Shown here one piece after another: positions 50,101-55,088 of a DNA stretch of 55,088 nucleotides. Numbering within the stretch: the stretch's first letter is position 1; every line of letters begins with the position of its first letter. Under the pieces are notes generated by a model that was not told where the DNA came from, did not search any database, and saw nothing but the letters and a program-made list of their open reading frames with translations. Both the position numbers and the translations under genes were made by a program. The stretch is from Promethearchaeota archaeon (GTDB lineage Archaea; Asgardarchaeota; Lokiarchaeia; Sigyniarchaeales; SOKP01). Location: the NCBI GenBank assembly GCA_016839585.1, contig JAEOTZ010000061.1, positions 1 through 55,088 of the forward strand, in the 5' to 3' direction.

Positions 50101-53100
50101 ATTTCTTCACCAGCAATTTCTGGAAATATTTTGATGCAATTGAAGAAGATTACGTGGTGTTCGATTCAACAGTAGAATATCCGGCAACTGATAGTTTTGA
50201 GAGAGATAATATCGGCTCTACAGGAACTTCTATTAACTTTATTGATTATTATGACACTGGAGGCACATCAGCATATTCTCAAGTAATTGCTGAATTAGAT
50301 GATCATAACACCGTATTGAAAAACTTTGATCAATCCGTCTATGCGGGAGGATACTCTTTTAAATCTTCTCACATATTCCCTAATGAAATTGAATATGGAA
50401 CAGTCGAACTATGGGTATATAAAAAAGATGTAAACTATGCTGATAACGATGCTGGGTGTCCCTTCATCTTTAGAAATAGTGCGAATGAGACTCTTTTTGC
50501 GTTTAATATGGATAAAAATAATGACGGATTAGTAAGATTTACTCGAATTGACGGGGATGAAACTTGGTCTGGGTATTCCGACGATACTTGGTTCCATGTA
50601 AGAATTGATTTTGAGACAAGAGAAAATGGTAATTATCTTGGATTATCTCAGTATACTTTAAACTTTTGGTTTGACAGCGTGAAAAAACTTGATGGTGTTG
50701 GTTTTTATCAAAATTCCACTATAAATAATATTTATTGGCATTCAGGAGGATATGGAGATAAAGCTCATTATTATTTTGATGCGATTGGTTTTAGTTGGGA
50801 TAAAGATTACGAAATTGGACAGAATAAAGATGATAGATCGTTAATACATGAACAATTTGATTTAGATTTTAACGATATGGATTCCCTAAGATACCCTCTT
50901 TTTGCAATAGGAGAGGTCTTCTATTCTATTAAGACTAATACATCTCAAGAGATAATTGTAAACTTATATAATTTTACTGGAAATACATGGATCGAAATTG
51001 ATAGAGAAACTGTGATCAATAATTACTTTTATAATTATACCTATAAGTTCACCAACGTCGATATTATTAGCTCAGATTACAAGATAAAAATTCAATTCCT
51101 TGGATTAAGTGAATCATTAGAAGATTTTGAATTTCACGTGAGTGAACTTGAACTCAAGTACACGTGGTGCAGTGTAGCGTGTGATTTTGGACAAAATAAC
51201 TATTATCAAAAGTTAGATATAGATATTAACATGTCTTCGCTCTATTCTACGATTTTTTGGGCGGAATATGAGTTTGAATCTCCGGGTACTTACTTAATCA
51301 CAATAACAGCAGATGATGGATATAGTGTTGTAAGCAGTGGCAGTGTGATCGAAATTTTAAATTCAGATCCTTTCGCATCTATTGGCAGTTTCTCAAACCA
51401 AACTATTGAAGATAAAAAAGTTTACTTTACATCAGAAATAAGTATTTCAGGAAGTAACTCGACATTATCCGACCTTAGATATTTCTGGTCGTTCGGAGAT
51501 GGGCTATACAGCTTCGATCAGAACCCTGTTCATGCCTTTTCAGAAGCAGGAACCTATAATATCTCACTTATCATAGCTGATAGTTATGGCAATACTTATA
51601 CAGATTTGAGAAATATTACAGTCCTTGAAAAAGCCCCTGAAATTGTTGGTCCATACACTTTTTATGGAGTAGAAGGGCAAACGATTGCTTTAGATGTCGA
51701 TATTTTCGATGCATTTACAGATGAGCTTACTTTAAAATATAAATGGTACAACTCAACTGGTCTTGTTTCAACCGATAAGAAACCCTCTCTTACTTTACAA
51801 GATGGATCTTATCAATATATTTTGAATGTGACTGACTCTTTAGGACAGACATCAACAGCTAATATTAGTATAATTATAGAAGATGCCCCCCCTATAGTAA
51901 TCATATCAAATTACATGTATTCTGGGGGAAGTGTTTCAGGAGAAGAAGGATTTTATTATGGGGCTGCTGACGATCCAGGGGAACTTGAATTGACAGCTTA
52001 TGGGTATGATACTGACAATAGCGATTTGGACTATTATTGGTCCATAACAAATGATAATACAACTTTTGAATCATTTGATCTAAATAATGGGATCAGTAGT
52101 ATCAAAAAATTTAGAGTCAAGGAAACAGCAGTATATCTTGGACAAGTAAAAATAGTATCTTCTGAGAAAAGTGCTGTAGCCAGCTTTATAATTAATTCTG
52201 TTATTGATAGTAATGGAAACGGCATTAGTGACGAATCTGAAGCCATGATCTTAGAATTCTATGACAATGTGACTGCTTATTCTGATTCAGATGACGATGG
52301 ATTAACTGATCTATATGAAATCTATTATAATATTAGCAATTATCTTGATCCTGATTCAGATGGTGATGGCCTTTGGGACGGTCTTCATAATGAGACTGGA
52401 ATTGGCGAGCAATCATTATCAACAAAACCAAACGATCCTGACTGTGATGATGATGGTTTAGATGACGGAACAGAATTCTTTGGCTGGAATGTTACCACTG
52501 ATATTTTTGGAACTATTGCTGTAAATTCAGATCCATGGGATAATGATACAGATGGAGATGGATTAAGTGATTACGAAGAGTACTTCTATGGTACCAATCC
52601 TCGTATTTCTGATACTGATACTGATGGAATAGGAGATTCATCAGATCCTTATCCAACAAAATATGATTATGATGGAGATGGGCTTTCAGATAAAACTGAA
52701 TTAGATCTTGGCACAGCTTTAAATGTCACAGATACCGATAATGATGGTATTACAGATGCTGAGGAAGTATTAGGCTGGTTCAAGACTAATCCTCTAAGTG
52801 CTGATTCAGATCACGATTTTGCTTCCGATTCGGCTGAAATTCAAAGTTACAGATTTACAATAGATGATAGATATGACTTAGATGAGTCGGTCTCTTTAAC
52901 TTTTGAGAAAAATTGTGAAAGAGCCGCATCAGCTCAAATTGCATTCATGATAACTTTCGGTGAAGCTATCAATGAATCTGAAAATGACAAGGTCTATGGA
53001 ATCCAAAACGTTCCGGATTTAAATGTATCAGTTATCAAAGTTGATGACGATCTATTATTATTCAACGCAACTACTAACTGTACACGATATTATTCAAAAG

Positions 53101-55088
53101 TTATTGACATAAGGGAGATAATGGAAAACAATAGTAAGGATTATCGTGGAGAATATATGATAAAAATTAATAATACTGAAGCAGGCTGTATCTTAGAACA
53201 ATTTGAAATAGAGATAGCAGGCTATTTAGATCCACAAGCTTCTGATTACGATAATGATGGCATCATGGATGGTGTGGAAATGGGTTTGCTTGTAAGAGGC
53301 ACAGATACGATAGATCATGAGGATCTGTACGGTGAATCAGCGAAAATTCACTTTCCGATGGAAGAAACCTGTTGGTGGTCGATGGATGATGGAACTGGCA
53401 CTACTGCGTCTGACGTATCTTTCTATGAAAATCACGGTACCTTAAACAATATGGAATCAAATGATTGGAAAAGCGGAAAAATTGGTGATCATGCTCTTAA
53501 ATTTGATGGAGTTAATGAATATATTGACTGTGGTAATGAATATTTCTTAGATTTTGAAAGAAATGATACTTTCACTTTAAGCGCATGGGTTAAGACATCC
53601 TCTACAGGTGGGGCGATAATCTCAAAAATGAATGCTTCTGATAATTACAAGGGATATGACATATATGTAAATAGTGGCGGAGTGATTCGGGCTCATTTGA
53701 TTAATACGTTGGATTCCGATGAAATAATTGTTGATGGAGCTACTTCCATAAACGATAATCAATGGTATTTTATTGCACTTACTTACAATGGCTCAAGCAC
53801 AGCTTCAGGAGTAAAATTATACATTGATGGCTCTTTGGATAACCTCACTATTGTAAAAGATACCCTTAATAAGACAATTCACACCGATGTCGATTTCTTA
53901 ATCGGAGCGGGAACCGGAGGAAATTACTTCTCTGGACAAATTGATGATGTTAGAGTCTACAGTTTTGACCTTACGCAAGACAATGTAACTTGGCTCTATA
54001 ATAGTGGAAATGGACGACCCTCCAAGACCCTTGGTGGTGTTGATGAGCCTGAAGTTAAAACACAATATTACTTAGAAATTCCCTATATAGGTGTTGTATA
54101 TGACGCGAATTTGACCTTATCTATTGATTCTAAAGGAATTCCAATTGGAACTGGCACTATTACAATTGAAATAGTCAAAGAAGAAATTAATTGTAGCATA
54201 GAGGATGTCGTATTATCAAGTGCCTTCAATGAATTCAGCGATACAACTCAATTTTCCTATGAAAAGTTCATTGATATTACGTCATACCTAAATAATAACT
54301 CCATTACAGAATTTTATGGAAAATATTTTGTAAACGTAGAAATTCAAGGAACTGATTACGGGGATAAATTTATCATTTCAGAATTTTATATAAAAACTGA
54401 TACCTTCATAGAAGCAGGTCCAACCGATACAGAGGCTTGGTTAACCGATCCTGCCGATAAAGATACCGATGGTGATGGCTGGAATGACTACAAAGAAATC
54501 TACATCGAAGGAACTAACCCTATTAGTCCCGATACGGATGGAGATGGTGCGTGGGATAACTATGACAGGGACCCCCATATGGACGTGATGCTCGAGATTA
54601 ATCCTATTTCAGGAACTGTTTGCTGGACGAAGAAACCAAAATTAGGAATGGTGATATCATTTAGACGGGGGAGGGCTGGAGAGAAACCTTTTCTCTCCAG
54701 TTTTTTCTTTCCAGTTATCTACACTTTACGATATTATGCCACTGTTCAAGGGGATTCAATTAATTTCGGACCTTTTACATATTCTGAATGGACTGCCTAT
54801 TTTGATGGAACTCATGATAGCCCAGATGCCCTTCATTATTATGTAAATATTAACGATGATCTTCTGGTCCAGGGCAATGATTTAGAATTTACACTTCAAC
54901 TCTGGGTAATTAATGCAGGAAAGACTTTGAGTGGGACTAGATTTGATGATAGACAGATTCACGGTACGGATATCTACACTATTAACAGCCCTGGTCATTC
55001 TGAGATTCTAAATGTGACTACTATCGGTTCTTTTCAGCTCGAGCAAGATGTAAGGATAAATGTAACCACTATCGGAATAGAAAAGGCA
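44136..55088 (+). CDS. Giant (>3,600 aa, 3'-partial) secreted multidomain surface protein: PKD, LamG/concanavalin-like, jelly-roll repeats and DxDxDG Ca-binding repeats
   Basis: One frame (positions divisible by 3) read by hand from GTG 44127/ATA 44136 to the window end, with no stop seen. Signal peptide [28 protein letters not shown] motifs (W.FGDG..H.Y...G.Y.VTL). LamG at 53370-54010. DSDGDG repeats at 52205-52840 and 54440-54570. Confidence 0.9.
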   Translation, partial: MIFLNKNENEWIKTPKTQKIRKILAITLITIILISEFAKHVHADDLGLEFDANPTTADIGELITFNWTNADNFESGWINFGDGNVTVLSDDDDNSTITHKYTTEGTYNVTLYIENNYVPKDYDTDFVVITIKNDPPQFAISLPSEIFEDEEVNVSVVDLVESDHDLEPGVLSFVYDFADGEPITTNTSSIIHKWRNAGNYKVTITVIDDQGALDQKSQYIEIYNKAPEANFTFETDIPPEQLRSSYFGTYDFRCDRIDSEPKGWDVHDYKDIEGEETGIIRPDGDVYTQWDEGEGTPHWSRIDEESPDGYKIAEHGAYSNPVKEKQTFTDIDIGGGVATQIKLYAYGKRDSGSTVWVKTKMYATGSSSPELYLNIPSGSWGWATATWYNVNLSQAQLDSLQVQLNAYQPSGYLQEPGNVYVDTIYIEVTYKILTLVSVIDIGGNFKEVVELYDGDPEEQVWMENYVDSQNYGTIEFYVKSNDVGNKTWALSSWDNPNVVFSITISDGKWKYSTGGEYNNITGCGTPLDDTWYLVRVDFCASGTYLNLSAHQFRVWVNDSQSNLYNFSSSFNEIDKIKFESGIIDKGVALIDALGYSWDPMYEIDDNKNAIISYPEKSKIMFSAANCNDTESDLPSLRFYWQFGDSTSRYGKYVTHHYLTSGKYMVNLTVKDDNGVMDSYIECVAIHNSYPEVNISALNLNVTIYEGETINFDTETLDDLTDMARLEYWWNFDDISFDLYNTSNYELGGWSNSHLYTDDFFGSAHLLVKDPEEFFEIDFIDVNVLNVDPSISIWDAKIIANISFEIYRNSIDKDANFTFNLLANDESQLEVLLNFTNSEETFIYSDKTLINMSLSRIWKIFANSTELPSSSWFRYYVRLQFLNGEELVISSEKFYGGSYGSWEVTLNPYWFNNGDYTFMFPLTFNTIIWDPSVDDINFTLQYSVNTLLVINCTDTLPINDSFTIEYPLDNATYTINIFEANNTIYANITVSQQIASEFYDNNTFPVNLDLSYTIYPIIDLFDLLEVHLNLTDLSILSCLEAKNFLIADAIDDEGGQESLMITFNTVDGIAFENLSPYLEPFIPSQGLGSTNVTFYVEAFDFDQISGNNQYYYSNFKSYDTPFFQGDITLFNGSSYWEGDLLSCDNDCILFTPDNCYAPTQQANFNLINGTSDFEALNYLSFIEGNYITFNSTTVQFSATQYIDSVSYTKATSGSGTLENTHNDDSNYKQINAKGTYYGNPIWDTKYELKVTFNFDPSLAGRDFNLSCDIITSGGQTGYLKVNGVTKSSGSTIDFDDMLIEDVTSIKFETTTKWSSSFYSRIYYFKLVEIIEETPAMLNFTSEFQLDSEEFDSEDDINLVYSYKTDISVPLSFNIWNYDDTKWDLIKNSTNTAQFYYNYYNLNSSYYDNDYTIKVKFEGTSETEDFKLYLEVLKVDLGLINFTSTLQMSDVNDGEVIKYLKLTYSYKVIGSQKVNLSLYNFKLKSWVLIDSTLVNSSYYKNKYSILNSAFFNDTYHIIAKIEVVNAQLFLDQWKIEYYSAKVSESGQFENDDVPIIPNDFVLISGSCDWDGTLDGTNNLTFISTGSGLEFTSNFQMGGVRPDDQLNSIELFYSFKTNISQPINISIYDYNLLSWSLINSSINMEFINLSYLITNTDFYDDYFNLQVKFKGVNSSHFEFYLKTFKLRYEWIKSLYLDDYFYESIPDETDDFTSTAGTFPATQYIDSISYTKATSGSGTLENTHNDDSNYKQIDAKGTYYGNPIWDYKYELEITFNFDPALIGRDFYLSCDIITSGGVTGYLKVNGQTVSSDTTIDFDNLLIEDVTSIQFITDDKWSSTFYSRIYYFKLVEAIKGNLQNQGDGYITFTSNSEYKLNVTTQFNLDGVQLGDTIDFLSLNYSYKTNISQLVNLSIYNFTASDWLLIESLVHLSFFNGSYSIPITREEISGNETIEYHDFYDSNFVILVKIEAANSSYGFQLLLDQLKVEYKFSSYFFTSNFWKYFDAIEEDYVVFDSTVEYPATDSFERDNIGSTGTSINFIDYYDTGGTSAYSQVIAELDDHNTVLKNFDQSVYAGGYSFKSSHIFPNEIEYGTVELWVYKKDVNYADNDAGCPFIFRNSANETLFAFNMDKNNDGLVRFTRIDGDETWSGYSDDTWFHVRIDFETRENGNYLGLSQYTLNFWFDSVKKLDGVGFYQNSTINNIYWHSGGYGDKAHYYFDAIGFSWDKDYEIGQNKDDRSLIHEQFDLDFNDMDSLRYPLFAIGEVFYSIKTNTSQEIIVNLYNFTGNTWIEIDRETVINNYFYNYTYKFTNVDIISSDYKIKIQFLGLSESLEDFEFHVSELELKYTWCSVACDFGQNNYYQKLDIDINMSSLYSTIFWAEYEFESPGTYLITITADDGYSVVSSGSVIEILNSDPFASIGSFSNQTIEDKKVYFTSEISISGSNSTLSDLRYFWSFGDGLYSFDQNPVHAFSEAGTYNISLIIADSYGNTYTDLRNITVLEKAPEIVGPYTFYGVEGQTIALDVDIFDAFTDELTLKYKWYNSTGLVSTDKKPSLTLQDGSYQYILNVTDSLGQTSTANISIIIEDAPPIVIISNYMYSGGSVSGEEGFYYGAADDPGELELTAYGYDTDNSDLDYYWSITNDNTTFESFDLNNGISSIKKFRVKETAVYLGQVKIVSSEKSAVASFIINSVIDSNGNGISDESEAMILEFYDNVTAYSDSDDDGLTDLYEIYYNISNYLDPDSDGDGLWDGLHNETGIGEQSLSTKPNDPDCDDDGLDDGTEFFGWNVTTDIFGTIAVNSDPWDNDTDGDGLSDYEEYFYGTNPRISDTDTDGIGDSSDPYPTKYDYDGDGLSDKTELDLGTALNVTDTDNDGITDAEEVLGWFKTNPLSADSDHDFASDSAEIQSYRFTIDDRYDLDESVSLTFEKNCERAASAQIAFMITFGEAINESENDKVYGIQNVPDLNVSVIKVDDDLLLFNATTNCTRYYSKVIDIREIMENNSKDYRGEYMIKINNTEAGCILEQFEIEIAGYLDPQASDYDNDGIMDGVEMGLLVRGTDTIDHEDLYGESAKIHFPMEETCWWSMDDGTGTTASDVSFYENHGTLNNMESNDWKSGKIGDHALKFDGVNEYIDCGNEYFLDFERNDTFTLSAWVKTSSTGGAIISKMNASDNYKGYDIYVNSGGVIRAHLINTLDSDEIIVDGATSINDNQWYFIALTYNGSSTASGVKLYIDGSLDNLTIVKDTLNKTIHTDVDFLIGAGTGGNYFSGQIDDVRVYSFDLTQDNVTWLYNSGNGRPSKTLGGVDEPEVKTQYYLEIPYIGVVYDANLTLSIDSKGIPIGTGTITIEIVKEEINCSIEDVVLSSAFNEFSDTTQFSYEKFIDITSYLNNNSITEFYGKYFVNVEIQGTDYGDKFIISEFYIKTDTFIEAGPTDTEAWLTDPADKDTDGDGWNDYKEIYIEGTNPISPDTDGDGAWDNYDRDPHMDVMLEINPISGTVCWTKKPKLGMVISFRRGRAGEKPFLSSFFFPVIYTLRYYATVQGDSINFGPFTYSEWTAYFDGTHDSPDALHYYVNINDDLLVQGNDLEFTLQLWVINAGKTLSGTRFDDRQIHGTDIYTINSPGHSEILNVTTIGSFQLEQDVRINVTTIGIEKA
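47718..49676 (+). repeat. Intragenic 399-nt domain duplication (47718-48116 and 49278-49676)
   Basis: 133-aa module F(S/P)ATQYIDS...YYFKLVE; 112/133 aa identical by manual count; offset 1560 nt. Confidence 0.9.

Noticed and set aside
44186-52246. Short track ORFs at 44186, 44833, 44910, 47404, 47840 and 52034
   Set aside because: Shadow or alternate-frame ORFs overlapping the giant plus-strand gene.
1-55088. tRNA, rRNA, SECIS/selenoprotein, transposase or integrase genes
   Set aside because: None recognised by eye; a tRNAscan/Infernal/HMM run would be needed to exclude them formally.

Overview
AT-rich archaeal chromosome segment, most likely from an Asgard archaeon of the Lokiarchaeia type (inferred from a Rab-like GTPase, two Roadblock/LC7 proteins and archaeal information-processing genes). 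It has four blocks. (1) 1-15.2 kb is an accessory, defence-like island: TM protein plus methyltransferase, wHTH plus HEPN-like pair, DUF2270-NDT fusion, Schlafen/AlbA protein, class III cyclase-like protein and TOPRIM protein. It ends at an orphan 3' end of acetyl-CoA synthetase, and a second recoded copy of part of that end lies inside the island. (2) 15.6-18.5 kb holds hicBA, a tandem-repeat propeller protein and gene debris. (3) 18.7-34.3 kb is core genes: rpoE1-spt4-DUF359-rps24e-rps27ae-kae1-bud32 and rpl7ae-rps28e. (4) 34.4 kb to the end is a second accessory region: two long-stem structured non-coding elements, a NYN nuclease, an operon with a large archaeo-eukaryotic primase (AEP), a DEDD-like exonuclease and DNA-binding proteins, an SBBP/FN3 surface protein, and a giant secreted protein of more than 3,600 aa. 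The giant ORF is missing from the ORF track because it runs off the window. Its domains are nested inside one another, and a recoded inverted fragment of it lies about 37 kb away. Several genes, including rpl7ae, appear to start at ATA/ATT codons 5-6 nt after a Shine-Dalgarno (SD) motif. All family calls come from manual motif reading, not database searches.
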